Below, in pieces: positions 8,009-18,317 of a stretch of DNA of 28,141 bases; the stretch's first letter is position 1, and the number at the start of each line of letters is the position of its first letter. Source of the DNA: Fibrobacteria bacterium (GTDB lineage Bacteria > Fibrobacterota > Fibrobacteria > UBA11236); contig JBGTHM010000113.1 in assembly GCA_041746255.1 (NCBI GenBank), forward strand, positions 1 through 28,141, written 5' to 3'. A program made the translations under genes and the position numbers. Below the pieces are notes generated by a model. The model was not told where the DNA came from. It was given only the letters and a program-made list of their open reading frames with translations, and made no database searches.

Positions 8009-10613
8009 AACCTCCCCTAAAGCCAAAGGCAAATCCAAGGCACGTGCTAACGTGGATACCGGGACCGACGGCGAAAACTTCTTCGGCTTGGAAGTCTGGG
8101 GTTTAATATTGCTTTCGGTGGCGCTTATCAGCGTCATCAGCCTTATTTCCGAATTCGTAGCCGTGGGGGAGGAAAACCTGCTTGGCCCCTACCTGGGAAA
8201 TTGGTGGGCTTTCCACTTGAACCTATTCGCAGGAAGCCTTCCCGTCCTTTTGCTTATATCCGCCGTGAGTATTCTCGGTTTCAAATTATTGCAGGGCCGG
8301 CGCGAAATGAGTTTGCAGCTGGTCTTTGTCTTCACATTGCTCTTTGTAATGACTTCGGTACTTCTGAGTATCGGGAATATCGGTAAGTTGGAGCTGCAGC
8401 CGTCGGACTTTCAGGACTCAGGCGGGTATCTCGGTAATTTTCTGGTGCGGAATTGCTATGTGCCGGTTTTCGGCATGAGCCGATTCGGTCCCTACTTCGT
8501 AAGCGCGCTGGCTATTCTCCTGATTATAGTCTGGGGATTTAAAATCACCCTCGCCCGTGTGGTTGAGCAGGGAACGATACTCATGGGAACCCTGGTTTAT
8601 CCCGTATTCGACGGCTTGGCGCGCCTAAAGAGCCGTCGTGCCGAGCGGCAGCTCCAATCCGGCTTGGCATTAACGGCTTCCAAAGGAATTCACTCCCCGG
8701 GCGAGCCCAAATCGAGGGCTCGAAAAGGGAAGGTAACCTCTCTTCCGGCTCCATTGGGTTTGGATTCGCTGTCTGAGTCGGATGTTGAAAGCTTAGTTGC
8801 AGTTCCGACGGATTCTCGGATTGCCGATAGCGACGACACCTATGCAGAGGATGACAACGATCCCTTCACCGTGCGCAAACGGCGCGATTTGGATTTGCAT
8901 CGTAAGCGTGTCTCCGATTTGAACGATTGGGAGTTGAAAAAGCAAAACCCCGAAATTGCGGGGATGTTGCAAAAGGAAAAGCTGGGCAAAGAGGAGGCCG
9001 CCGAAAGGCGCGGCTACAGCCTGGTACCCCGTAAGGAGGATAGCAAGCTGGAGGCCGCGTCGGCAAACGATGCGGAGGAACAGCTCGAGCGATCATACGA
9101 TGATTCGGCGGAGGCGGGAGAGAAGCGCGAAGTCAAATATGATACCTATCGCATTCCTGCTTTGGACGAGATTTTCGAAGAACCCCCTGAGCAACCGCTG
9201 GAGTTCACCGAAGAAGAGTTGCGCACGCAATCCAAAGCCTTGGAGGATCAGCTCATCAATTTCAAGGTGATGGGCAAAGTGGTGCAAATCTGTCCCGGCC
9301 CGGTGATAACCCGCTATGAAGTGGAATTGGCCCCGGGCGTCAAAGTCAACCGCATTTCCAATCTCTCCGACGATTTGGGGCTGGCTCTCAAGGCCAAAAG
9401 CATTCGGATTCTGGCGCCCATTCCCGGCAAATCGCTGGTTGGCATCGAGGTTCCCAATCGCAAGGCGCAAATCGTCTACATCAAGGAAATCCTGCAATCC
9501 GATTTATTCGACAGCGAAGGGGATACCCTTAAAATCTGCCTGGGTAAGACCATAGCCGGCGATCCCTATGTCATGGATTTGACGCGCGCACCGCATTTGC
9601 TGATAGCCGGCCAAACGGGATCAGGAAAATCGGTTTGCATCAACAGCATCATGGCTTCATTTTTATGCTCGCGCACCCCGGATGAACTGCGTATGCTGCT
9701 AATCGACCCCAAAGTGGTGGAACTCAAGCCCTATGACAGCATCCCGCATTTACTCTATCCGGTGATCACCCAACCGGAAACGGCCGTACAGGCGTTAAAA
9801 TGGGCGACTTTCGAAATGGATCGCCGCTATGAAGTGTTGGCGCTTTCGGGGGTGCGCAATATCAAGGGCTTCAACATGAAGTTCCGCGAGGGGAAGCTGG
9901 ACGAAAAGCTGGAGCCCGAAGACAACTTGCTGATGCCGTATATCGTGATCATCATTGACGAATTGGCCGACCTCATGATGGTAGCGGGCAAGGAAGTAGA
10001 AACCAATATCGCGCGAATCGCCCAGAAGGCGCGCGCCGTGGGTATTCATCTCATTCTGGCCACGCAAAGGCCTTCTACCAATGTCATCACGGGCACCATC
10101 AAGGCCAATTTGCCTACGCGTATTTCCTTCCAGGTTGCCAGCCAAATCGACGCCCGTACCATTATGGACCGAATGGGAGCGGAAAAATTGTTGGGCCGTG
10201 GCGACATGCTGTTTCGCCCCATCGAGTTTCCGGAACCCATGCGCCTGCACGGCTGTTTTTTGGACGACGAGCAGGCGGAAAAAATCGCCGAGGTCTGCTC
10301 CGGACAATTCGTTAATTACCCGCAATTGCCCGGATTCAATCTCGACGAAGATTTGGCGGGCGCTGGAGTCAATGACGAGCCTCGCGACGAGAAATTCCGC
10401 GATGCCGCAGAATTGGTGGTTTCGCTTAAACAGGCCTCGGTTTCCCTTTTGCAACGTAGATTGGGGATCGGCTATGCCCGCTCGGGCCGCCTGGTGGATC
10501 AATTGGAGCGTGCGGGCATCGTGGGTAGGGAGCGGGGAAGCAAGCCTCGCGAAGTACTCATGGACGAAGATGAATTGACTTCGTTCCTCTCCTCGGGCTT
10601 GAATGACGACTAA
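7998..10613 (+). CDS. ftsK: DNA translocase FtsK
   Basis: N-terminal TM domain, charged linker, Walker A GQTGSGKS, IIIDELADLMM, LATQRPS, GAEKLLGRGDML and gamma domain SVSLLQRRLGIGYARSGRL. TTG start with AGGAGG upstream. Confidence 0.96.
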   Translation: MPVKTSPKAKGKSKARANVDTGTDGENFFGLEVWGLILLSVALISVISLISEFVAVGEENLLGPYLGNWWAFHLNLFAGSLPVLLLISAVSILGFKLLQGRREMSLQLVFVFTLLFVMTSVLLSIGNIGKLELQPSDFQDSGGYLGNFLVRNCYVPVFGMSRFGPYFVSALAILLIIVWGFKITLARVVEQGTILMGTLVYPVFDGLARLKSRRAERQLQSGLALTASKGIHSPGEPKSRARKGKVTSLPAPLGLDSLSESDVESLVAVPTDSRIADSDDTYAEDDNDPFTVRKRRDLDLHRKRVSDLNDWELKKQNPEIAGMLQKEKLGKEEAAERRGYSLVPRKEDSKLEAASANDAEEQLERSYDDSAEAGEKREVKYDTYRIPALDEIFEEPPEQPLEFTEEELRTQSKALEDQLINFKVMGKVVQICPGPVITRYEVELAPGVKVNRISNLSDDLGLALKAKSIRILAPIPGKSLVGIEVPNRKAQIVYIKEILQSDLFDSEGDTLKICLGKTIAGDPYVMDLTRAPHLLIAGQTGSGKSVCINSIMASFLCSRTPDELRMLLIDPKVVELKPYDSIPHLLYPVITQPETAVQALKWATFEMDRRYEVLALSGVRNIKGFNMKFREGKLDEKLEPEDNLLMPYIVIIIDELADLMMVAGKEVETNIARIAQKARAVGIHLILATQRPSTNVITGTIKANLPTRISFQVASQIDARTIMDRMGAEKLLGRGDMLFRPIEFPEPMRLHGCFLDDEQAEKIAEVCSGQFVNYPQLPGFNLDEDLAGAGVNDEPRDEKFRDAAELVVSLKQASVSLLQRRLGIGYARSGRLVDQLERAGIVGRERGSKPREVLMDEDELTSFLSSGLNDD

Positions 10614-10614
10614 C

Positions 10615-10665
10615 TAGCGAATATTTCGATGGAGGCGAAAACGCCTTCTCGGGAAAACCTCGCTG
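10615..10665 (+). terminator. Stem-loop immediately after ftsK (possible terminator or 3' stabiliser)
   Basis: GGAGGCG-AAAA-CGCCTTC core at 10631-10648, extended by TTTCGA/TCGGGA and AGCGA/TCGCT. No clean U-tract follows. Confidence 0.35.
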
Positions 10666-10808
10666 CGGACCGGCGCCCGAAAAAACAATCGCGTTTTATT
10701 ATCTGAACGCTTTTTCTTCCTTCCAGTGGATCGGCCGTGTTCAAGAATTTATTTCCAATTTAGGCAGCGTCTCCAGGCATTGGCGGGATTCAAAAAATAT
10801 CCGAATGG

Positions 10809-12794
10809 ATGGACCGCAACGGGGGAGTATGGATGCTTGGAAACAAGCCCAAATCCAGTGAACCATCATTGACCGAAGGTTTACAGGACTATCATTTCCA
10901 TCGCATGGTGGATATCTTGAGCGATGTGGCATTGTTCGGTATCGATGCAGCTGGGAACATCATCAGCTGGAATTTGGGTGCAAAACTCTTGCTCGGGTAC
11001 GAAGCCCGGGAAATTCTGGGTAAGCCCTTCCATTGGCTTTTTCCGGTTGATGAGGGTGAAGAGTCCGCTGCCTTTGAATTACGGGAAGCCCGGCGTCTGG
11101 GTCGAGCCGATGATAATCGTTGGCATCGGCGCAAGGACGGCAGCCTGATGTGGGCCATGGGGATTACGGAGAAACTGGACGAGAATTTTTTCCACCCCTT
11201 GGCCTATGTGAAAGTGATTCGCGATCATACGGAGCAAAAGCGCTTGATGGATGAGCTGGAAGAACGCGCTTCCGAATTGGAGGCCGTATTCCAAAGTATT
11301 CCCGACGCTGTGTATATCGGTAGTGAAGCGGCTATCAAATTGGCCAACCGGCAAGCCTTGGAAATGCTCGGATTCGATAATATTGAACAATTGCGGAAAA
11401 ATATCGGCGCACTGTCGGAAGAAATCCAAGTCCGCTCCCTGAATGGCGCTCCTGTGCCCATTCTCGAACAGGCATTTGCGCGCGCACTGACTGGAACATC
11501 CCTCGAAACCGAGGTTATCGTTCGCAATATCAAAACCGGCCAGGACTTGATTGTCCGTTCCGCGGCTGCGCCGATTCGAAGGGGAGGGGAAATAGTCGGT
11601 GCGGTAGCGGTCAATACGGATATCACCAATAAGAAGCTGATTGAAGGCGCTTTGCGGGAAAGTGAGGAAAAATTCCGGCTTTTGTTGGATTCTACCCAAG
11701 AAGGGATTTGCGGAGTTGACTCCAACCTGATTTGCACCTTCGTAAACCAAGCGGCCGCGAAACTTTTAGGATATGCCTCCAAGGAGGATCTTCTAGGGAA
11801 GGATTTTCACCGGATAGCCCTGCATCCTCTCGGAGGGGATGAACCCGACGGTAAATCACCATGCCCCTTGTTGAAAGCGGTTCGGGAGGGGCAAGCGGTT
11901 CGGCTGGATAAGCAGCTCATGCATAAATCCGATGGCAAAACTTTGTGCGCCGATGTCCGAGCCTATCCATTTCTGGGGTGGAATAAGGATAGAAAGGGAG
12001 CCGTCATTGTTTTTTCGGATATCGAGGAAAGGCTGAAAACCGAAAGAATTCTGGAAAAGGCCCAAGAACATTATTTCCAAGCCGGCAAAATGGAGGCCAT
12101 AGGAAGGCTTGCCGGAGGGTTGGCGCATGAATTCAACAATATGATGACGGCCGTGCTGGGCAACACCCATTTGATCCTGTCCGAAGGCAAGTTGGACGGG
12201 CAATCGCGCGAATGTTTGGAGGAAATCCGCATCGGCGCGGAACGAGCGGCTGAGTTGACGCGCAAGTTACTGGCCTTCGGTCGGGGTCAAATGTTGATCA
12301 ATCGATTTCTGGATGTGAACGAATTGATTCGGAGATTAGAGCCGATTTTGAAACAGTCTTTGGGCGGAACCATCCGATTGGAACTCGTATTGAATTCGGA
12401 AATACCCCTGATCGCCGCAGACGCCGCAAAAATGGAATTGGCGCTGATGGAGTTGACCCTCAATGCCCGCGAAGCCATGCCTAAAGGAGGAGCCGTGACC
12501 ATCACCACCGAAAGGGTTCGCAAGGATGAAAAAAGCGACCGGGTGCGATTAGTGGTCTCGGATACGGGAAGGGGGATGGACGAAGAGACGGTGAAAAAAG
12601 TGTTCGAGCCCTTTTTTACCACCAAGGGACAGGTCTCCTCCGGAATGAGTCTGGCGAGTATTTATGGATTCGTGCGTCAAAGCGGCGGGGAAATCCAGGC
12701 AAAGAGCAAACCCGGAGAGGGCACGCGATTCGAAATTGACCTGCCGATTGCCGAAGGCGCGACCGAGGAAATCGGCTCGCGTCAGGTTGATTAA
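10809..12794 (+). CDS. Cytoplasmic multi-PAS sensor histidine kinase (no receiver domain)
   Basis: Three PAS/PAC segments ([39 protein letters not shown]). H-box [14 protein letters not shown]-box LNAREAMP, G1 DTGRGM and F-box FEPFFTTK. Alternative start at 10833. Confidence 0.92.
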   Translation: MDRNGGVWMLGNKPKSSEPSLTEGLQDYHFHRMVDILSDVALFGIDAAGNIISWNLGAKLLLGYEAREILGKPFHWLFPVDEGEESAAFELREARRLGRADDNRWHRRKDGSLMWAMGITEKLDENFFHPLAYVKVIRDHTEQKRLMDELEERASELEAVFQSIPDAVYIGSEAAIKLANRQALEMLGFDNIEQLRKNIGALSEEIQVRSLNGAPVPILEQAFARALTGTSLETEVIVRNIKTGQDLIVRSAAAPIRRGGEIVGAVAVNTDITNKKLIEGALRESEEKFRLLLDSTQEGICGVDSNLICTFVNQAAAKLLGYASKEDLLGKDFHRIALHPLGGDEPDGKSPCPLLKAVREGQAVRLDKQLMHKSDGKTLCADVRAYPFLGWNKDRKGAVIVFSDIEERLKTERILEKAQEHYFQAGKMEAIGRLAGGLAHEFNNMMTAVLGNTHLILSEGKLDGQSRECLEEIRIGAERAAELTRKLLAFGRGQMLINRFLDVNELIRRLEPILKQSLGGTIRLELVLNSEIPLIAADAAKMELALMELTLNAREAMPKGGAVTITTERVRKDEKSDRVRLVVSDTGRGMDEETVKKVFEPFFTTKGQVSSGMSLASIYGFVRQSGGEIQAKSKPGEGTRFEIDLPIAEGATEEIGSRQVD

Positions 12795-13822
12795 AGCAAG
12801 TCTTGCTGCAAGGCCGAATCGGATGGCGATGGCGGAATCAAACCGAGATGCCGATAGGCACCTGTGGTGGCTTGTCTGCCCCGTGGCGTCCGTTTCAGAA
12901 AACCGCATTGAATGAGAAAGGGTTCGTAAACCTCTTCCAAGGTTTCCAGCTCTTCTCCAATGGAGGCGCCCAGGGTGGAAAGCCCGACCGGTCCGCCGTC
13001 GAATTTTCCGATTATCGTTCTTAAAATCGTGCGGTCCATCTCGTCCAGGCCGATTTCGTCAATGCCCAACATGGATAGGGTTTTGACCACGATTTCGGAG
13101 GTGATGCCGCCGCCGCCTTTGACCTGGGCCACGTCGCGGCAGCGCCGCAATACGCGATTGCCGATACGGGGAACGCCCCGGCAGCGGTTGGCCAACAGGT
13201 TGGTGCCTTCAGGGCTCAATTCGGTTTTGAGAATGCGCGCCGAGCGAGTGAGTATTTGCCGCATCTCGCTTTCGGAGTAAAGTTCCAGGCGGAAGCTCAT
13301 GCCGAATCGATCGCGCAGGGGAGAGGTCAGCATGCCGGCGCGAGTAGTGGCCCCCACCAGGGTGAACCGTTTCAGGGGAAGGTTGATGCATTTGGCGGCC
13401 GGACCGGATTCCAGCATGATGTCGATTTTGTAATCCTCCATGGCGGGATAGAGAAACTCTTCCACCACCCGGCTAAGCCGGTGGATTTCATCGATGAAAA
13501 GCACGTCTCGCTCTTCGAGATTGGTCAAAATCCCCGCCAGCTCCGAGGGCTTATCCAGGGCGGGTCCGGAGGTGATTTTGAGATTGGCTCCCATCTCACG
13601 GGCGATGATATGCGCCAGGGTGGTCTTGCCCAAGCCGGGTGGGCCGGCGAAGAGGATGTGATCGATGGGTTCGTTTCGCTCGCGGGCAGCCTGTAAAAAT
13701 ACCTGCAGGCTTTCCTTCAGTTTCGCCTGGCCGACGAAATCGGCCATACGCTCGGGCCGGAGCGAAATATCCTGCTCGGAGTCGTCACCGAATTGCTCCG
13801 GGGCTATGATTCTATCCGTCAT
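12791..13822 (-). CDS. ruvB: Holliday junction branch migration helicase RuvB
   Basis: [35 protein letters not shown] and RTPRGR. Confidence 0.98.
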   Translation of the reverse strand: MTDRIIAPEQFGDDSEQDISLRPERMADFVGQAKLKESLQVFLQAARERNEPIDHILFAGPPGLGKTTLAHIIAREMGANLKITSGPALDKPSELAGILTNLEERDVLFIDEIHRLSRVVEEFLYPAMEDYKIDIMLESGPAAKCINLPLKRFTLVGATTRAGMLTSPLRDRFGMSFRLELYSESEMRQILTRSARILKTELSPEGTNLLANRCRGVPRIGNRVLRRCRDVAQVKGGGGITSEIVVKTLSMLGIDEIGLDEMDRTILRTIIGKFDGGPVGLSTLGASIGEELETLEEVYEPFLIQCGFLKRTPRGRQATTGAYRHLGLIPPSPSDSALQQDLL

Positions 13823-13840
13823 GGCCTATAAAATAGATAA

Positions 13841-14437
13841 TCACACTTCCTGCAAGGCCAGGGCGATCAATTGGCCGGCGGTAGCCTTATCACCGGTTTT
13901 CTGGACCGCTTTGCGAACAGCCGCTTCCGCCTGGGCTTCTTTGACCCCCAGGGTGACCAGTCCCATTATGGCGTCGCGTAGCGCATCGGATTCCGCCGTG
14001 GAAAAGTTGGTTTCGGAACGGGTTTCCCAGGACATTTTCGCAATGGACGAGCGCAGCGAGGCTACCATTACCTCGGCGGTTTTTTTGCCGATGCCTTTGA
14101 GCAGCATCAGGGAACGGATATCCCCTCCCGAAATCATGCGTCCCAGGTCGGCGGGTGTGGTGGAGGAAAGAATTCGCAGCGCCAGGCGAGGGCCGATCCC
14201 CGAAACGCTGAGCAACATCAGGAACAGGGTTTTTTCCGTACTGTCCCCGAAGCCGAACAATTCCATGGCCTCTTCGCGAACATGCAAATGCGTAATAATG
14301 CCTATTTCAACGCCTTCGGGTCCGGCGAGTTCCGAGGTGCGCAGGGAAACGTTCACGGCATAGCCCACGCCGCCTACATCGATAAGCAATTGGGCCGGGC
14401 TGCGGCGAAGCAGTTTTCCACGGAGGAATTCAATCAT
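13841..14437 (-). CDS. ruvA: Holliday junction branch migration protein RuvA
   Basis: MIEFLRGK, DVGGVGY, HVREEAMELFGF, VSGIGPRLA and KGIGKKTAE. Start at 14437 overlaps the ruvC stop (ATGA). Confidence 0.96.
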   Translation of the reverse strand: MIEFLRGKLLRRSPAQLLIDVGGVGYAVNVSLRTSELAGPEGVEIGIITHLHVREEAMELFGFGDSTEKTLFLMLLSVSGIGPRLALRILSSTTPADLGRMISGGDIRSLMLLKGIGKKTAEVMVASLRSSIAKMSWETRSETNFSTAESDALRDAIMGLVTLGVKEAQAEAAVRKAVQKTGDKATAGQLIALALQEV

Positions 14438-14928
14438 TTTGTCATATCCATAATGGAGTTTTTTATTTGGATGAGATGGCAATAAGCGATAGCCAAGGCG
14501 TCGGCTGCATCTACGGGCGTCGGAGCCTGCTTCAAATGGAGGTGTGATTGGATCATCTGTCCTACCTGGCTTTTGGAAGCGCCTCCCCAGCCTACCGCCG
14601 CTTGTTTCACGGTTTTGGGGGAGTATTCGGCGACGGGAATGCCTAAGCTATGTGCGGCGACCATTATCGCTCCCCGGGCATGCCCCAAAACCAGCGCGGA
14701 GCGGGGAAATTTCGCAAAGAAAATACTTTCCAGGGCCAACTCGGAGGGGCGATAGATTTCCAGTAAGGCTTTCAATTCGGAATGGATTTTCCCCAAGCGC
14801 TTATCGAGGGGATCGGAAGTCTTACAGCGGATTACGCCATATTCCAAAACTTTGAGGGCATGGCTACCCTGTTCAAGAAAAGCGTATCCCGTTACGGCTG
14901 ACCCGGGATCGACTCCCACCACTATCAC
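14434..14928 (-). CDS. ruvC: Crossover junction endodeoxyribonuclease RuvC
   Basis: GVDPGSAVTGY, ALESIFF, LGHARG, EYSP, GASKSQV and DAADALAIA. Confidence 0.97.
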   Translation of the reverse strand: MIVVGVDPGSAVTGYAFLEQGSHALKVLEYGVIRCKTSDPLDKRLGKIHSELKALLEIYRPSELALESIFFAKFPRSALVLGHARGAIMVAAHSLGIPVAEYSPKTVKQAAVGWGGASKSQVGQMIQSHLHLKQAPTPVDAADALAIAYCHLIQIKNSIMDMTK

Positions 14929-14964
14929 GGTTGCGAACGTTTTCGAATTGACCTGAACCCGGTG

Positions 14965-15711
14965 TTATTCGGCCGCGTCCAAGTCCTGTTGTTCAAATTC
15001 GGCATTGGTGCTCACATTCTGTACGTCATCAAGTTCGTCCAGCATATCCAATAGGCGCAAGGCCTTCTCCGCGTCTTCTCCGGTTACCTTTACGGGGTTT
15101 TCCGGAATCCAGGACAATTCGGAGCTGCTGAGTTCCAATTTTCGCTCTTGCAACTTCTCCACTACTTGGTTGAAAGTTTCGGGAGCGGTTCGCACCTCGT
15201 ATTCTTCACCCGAAACATCCAAATCCTCGGCGCCGGCTTCGGTTACCAATTCGAACAATTCTTCCTCTCCGATAGCGTCTTTAGGTAAAGTGATAATGCC
15301 TTTGGACTTGAACATCCAGGCTACCGACCCCGCCTCACCCATATTGCCGCCGGATTTACTGAAGGCGTGGCGAACCTCGGCCACGGTACGGACGCGATTG
15401 TCGGTCATGGTCTCCACCAATATGGCCGTCCCGCCGGGTCCGTAACCTTCATAGGTGATTTCCTGGTAGGTCACGCCCTCCAACTCTCCCGCGCCCTTGG
15501 CGATGGCGGTTTCGATATTCTTGGCGGGCATGTTCGCGCTTTTTGCCTTGAAGACGGCCGCGCGGAGGCGTGGATTGCCTTCGGGATCGGAGCCTCCCAG
15601 CCTGGCGGCGACGGTGAGTTCCCGGATGATACGGTTGAATACTTTGGCCCGGGCCGTATCCACCTTGGCTTTCTTGCGCTTGGTGGTGGCCCATTTGGAA
15701 TGTCCGGACAT
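14965..15711 (-). CDS. yebC: YebC/PmpR family protein
   Basis: MSGHSKWAT, NPRLR, YEGYGPGG and TDNRVRT. Canonical position upstream of ruvC. Confidence 0.96.
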   Translation of the reverse strand: MSGHSKWATTKRKKAKVDTARAKVFNRIIRELTVAARLGGSDPEGNPRLRAAVFKAKSANMPAKNIETAIAKGAGELEGVTYQEITYEGYGPGGTAILVETMTDNRVRTVAEVRHAFSKSGGNMGEAGSVAWMFKSKGIITLPKDAIGEEELFELVTEAGAEDLDVSGEEYEVRTAPETFNQVVEKLQERKLELSSSELSWIPENPVKVTGEDAEKALRLLDMLDELDDVQNVSTNAEFEQQDLDAAE

Positions 15712-15728
15712 GGGTCTCCTCGGTTGAA

Positions 15729-17264
15729 TCAGTTCTTGTCGTAGGCGATGATGGCCTGGGTCAGCCGATCGGCGATTTCTTTCTGGCCCGCTTTCGACTG
15801 CATGACGCGTCTATCATGGTCATTGGTCATAAAGCCCATTTCAAAAAGGACTGCCGGCATATAGGCTCCTACCAGAACATAGAAACCGGCTTGACGGGCG
15901 CCCGTGGAATATTTTTTGATTTTGAAATTTTGGAAGGCGTCCACGATTTTTTCCGCGAAACCCTCGCTTTCCTTACTGTAAAGGTTGAGCTGGTGCTCGA
16001 GCAGAATCCACTCCACGGGAGAAATATCGGATTTAGATCTTACTCCGCCCTCGCCGTTCAGCACCTGGTTTTCACGCCGTGCCAAGGCTTTGTCTTCTTC
16101 GCTTTCGCCTTCACGCAAAATATAAACCACGAATCCATTCACCGACTTTTTCCGCTGCGGGGTGCCATCGATGGCATTGCAGTGCAGGCTTATGAAAAGG
16201 TCTCCCCCTTGGGAGGATGCGAATTTGGGCCTTTCGTCCAAGGTCAGATAGCGATCGTCGGTACGGGTCAATATGGCCTTATACCCGGCTTTTTCCAGGG
16301 ATTTTTTCAGTTCGATGCCTACGGCCAGGGTAATTTCCGCTTCCTTGCCGTCTTTGTAAACCGCCCCCGGGTCACGCCCCCCATGGCCGGGATCAATGAT
16401 AATGGTGCGGATGGCCCGTTTGGCTCCATGCACATGCCCGGTCCCTGTGGCTGCCGGGGTTGGGGATGGATTGGATACTTTCACCGCTTTCGCTTTCGGA
16501 GCGCGCACGGTAATTCTATAAGCCTTGGCCTGGGTATCGTATTGAGCTTGCACCGTATCAATGGCGCCGGGAATCTCCAAGGTTACCTGAGCGAGATTCT
16601 TCTCCTGGATGCCGATGGTTTTTTTTACCAGCCCTTGACCGGATTTTTCCCCCAGCACGGCGGGAGCGGTACGTCCATGCTGGAATCGCAGAATGAAATG
16701 GGGTGGAACCCAGAATTGTTGAAAGGCTAAGGCCTCGGGTGCGCCGATGTGAAGCAAAGTGCCGTTGTCCCTGACTTCGAATTGCAGGGAGGTCAGATTG
16801 GGACCCTGCGTGGAAGTGGTTTTCGAAATTATAGCCGGCGCGGAGAAGTCGAAATCATAGCGAAGTGTGTGTCCCAAGCGATGGTTTAACACCGAAACCA
16901 GGGCGGGTACGGGTATGAAGAGTTTTTCAGGACCGCGTCGAACCGGGTAGATGAGGTTATAGGGTTCGTCGTCGATGATTAAAAACGGGTTGTCGAGGGT
17001 GAAAAACCAGGCGGCTCCGGTACCGTCCACGATACGGTATTTTTGCCGGTCCGGAATCCACACGCCACGCTGCCCGAACACGCTTTCCAGGATTGCCGGA
17101 GAAACATAGGGAATGCCTTCGAATACCGTATCGGGAAAGGTTCGCTGCTTGAACTCGAAGCCATTCTCCGATTGGGAGGGGTTGCTGTTCCCGGAAAAGG
17201 CCACCTGGCTTTTCGCATCAACGAAAAGGAATCCGAGCGATAAAATCAAAAGCAGTGATTTCAC
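15729..17264 (-). CDS. N-acetylmuramoyl-L-alanine amidase (Amidase_3) with N-terminal accessory domains
   Basis: Signal peptide. IIIDPGHGGRDPGA, LTRTDDRYLTLDER, FISLHCNA, ALARREN (regulatory helix region) and AVLFEMGF. Confidence 0.92.
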   Translation of the reverse strand: MKSLLLILSLGFLFVDAKSQVAFSGNSNPSQSENGFEFKQRTFPDTVFEGIPYVSPAILESVFGQRGVWIPDRQKYRIVDGTGAAWFFTLDNPFLIIDDEPYNLIYPVRRGPEKLFIPVPALVSVLNHRLGHTLRYDFDFSAPAIISKTTSTQGPNLTSLQFEVRDNGTLLHIGAPEALAFQQFWVPPHFILRFQHGRTAPAVLGEKSGQGLVKKTIGIQEKNLAQVTLEIPGAIDTVQAQYDTQAKAYRITVRAPKAKAVKVSNPSPTPAATGTGHVHGAKRAIRTIIIDPGHGGRDPGAVYKDGKEAEITLAVGIELKKSLEKAGYKAILTRTDDRYLTLDERPKFASSQGGDLFISLHCNAIDGTPQRKKSVNGFVVYILREGESEEDKALARRENQVLNGEGGVRSKSDISPVEWILLEHQLNLYSKESEGFAEKIVDAFQNFKIKKYSTGARQAGFYVLVGAYMPAVLFEMGFMTNDHDRRVMQSKAGQKEIADRLTQAIIAYDKN

Positions 17265-17266
17265 GA

Positions 17267-17719
17267 TTACCTATTGGCCGCTCTCAGGGCCCTTGCCATT
17301 TCGCGATTGGCTTCCTGTTTGATTTTGGCCTGCCTCTTGTCGTAGTTGGCTTTGCCTCGACAGACGCCCAGTTCGATTTTGAGTACGCTGCCCTTGAAGT
17401 AGGCTTTGAGGGGAATCAAGGTAAGTCCATCCATGGCCGTGGCATTATGCATTTTGATAATTTCGCTTTTATGGGCCAGTAGCTTGCGTTCCCGGGACGG
17501 GAGATGGTTGAAGATGTTGCCCCGGGAATATTCTTCGACATGCGCGTTGGCTAAAAACAGTTCGTTATTTCGAACTATGGCAAAAGCCTCGGAAAGAATC
17601 AGTTTTCCTTCCCGGATGGATTTGACTTCGGTGCCTCGCAACATGATACCCACTTCGTAGGTGTCCAGTACTTGGTAATTGTGGCGCGCCGCGCGATTGT
17701 TGATTACCGGCGTTTGCAT
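17267..17719 (-). CDS. smpB: SsrA-binding protein
   Basis: NRAARHNY, GIMLRGTEVKSIR, RERKLLAHKSEI and RGKANYDKR. Confidence 0.98.
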   Translation of the reverse strand: MQTPVINNRAARHNYQVLDTYEVGIMLRGTEVKSIREGKLILSEAFAIVRNNELFLANAHVEEYSRGNIFNHLPSRERKLLAHKSEIIKMHNATAMDGLTLIPLKAYFKGSVLKIELGVCRGKANYDKRQAKIKQEANREMARALRAANR

Positions 17720-17785
17720 AATATTCTCCGGATGCCGTCGACGGTTTCAGCGAAGGTATAAATTAGCTGGGGAAAAGGCCGGATC

Positions 17786-18172
17786 CTAGGCCCGGTAGTC
17801 GCGGCCGGGATTTCGGGAATCGCGGTCATCCTGGCCTTGAAGCGAGTCCGTCAATTTAGCCTGCATCTCTTCAGCGGCCTCTTCGACCAATTGGTTCAAG
17901 ACCAACTTGAGTTCCTTGCTGGCTTCAAAAATCGGTTTCAAGCCGGCATCGATTTGCACGATCTCCCCGGTGCGGGGATTCCGCGCCGTCCGCGCTTTTT
18001 TCTCTTTGACCTTAAAACGGCCAAATCCACGGATTTCGATATTCTTACCCTGTAAAAGTGACTTCGCGATGGAATCGAGAAAGCATTCCACGATGATTTT
18101 AGTATCCACCTGGGTCAACCCGGTACGCGCGGCGATGGCATCAACGATGTCTTTTTTGGTGACGTTCCCCAT
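17786..18172 (-). CDS. HU/IHF-family DNA-binding protein with C-terminal extension
   Basis: TKKDIVDAIAARTG, IEIRGFGRF and ARTARNPRTGE. Confidence 0.93.
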   Translation of the reverse strand: MGNVTKKDIVDAIAARTGLTQVDTKIIVECFLDSIAKSLLQGKNIEIRGFGRFKVKEKKARTARNPRTGEIVQIDAGLKPIFEASKELKLVLNQLVEEAAEEMQAKLTDSLQGQDDRDSRNPGRDYRA

Positions 18173-18241
18173 AACTCCGTTTCGCTTCGGCTGTAAAAAA
18201 TGCCGCTTTCAACTAGGCGATAATTCTATGTAACAACAGGT

Positions 18242-18270
18242 ATAATAACACTTTAGCCGGGTCGGAGCAA
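18242..18270 (-). promoter_or_regulatory. Putative sigma70 promoter of the HU-family gene
   Basis: On the minus strand: TTGCTC-N17-TATTAT with a TGn extended -10. Confidence 0.5.
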
Positions 18271-18317
18271 GCCTGATTCCGGTAAGTTTGATAAATTCGC
18301 CTCGCAGGGGCGGAAAG

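Noticed and set aside
15816..16730. 304-aa + strand ORF
   Set aside because: It is fully antisense to the amidase gene with no recognisable motifs.
17720..18317. tmRNA near smpB
   Set aside because: The intergenic spaces are too short and lack tRNA-Ala-like ends.
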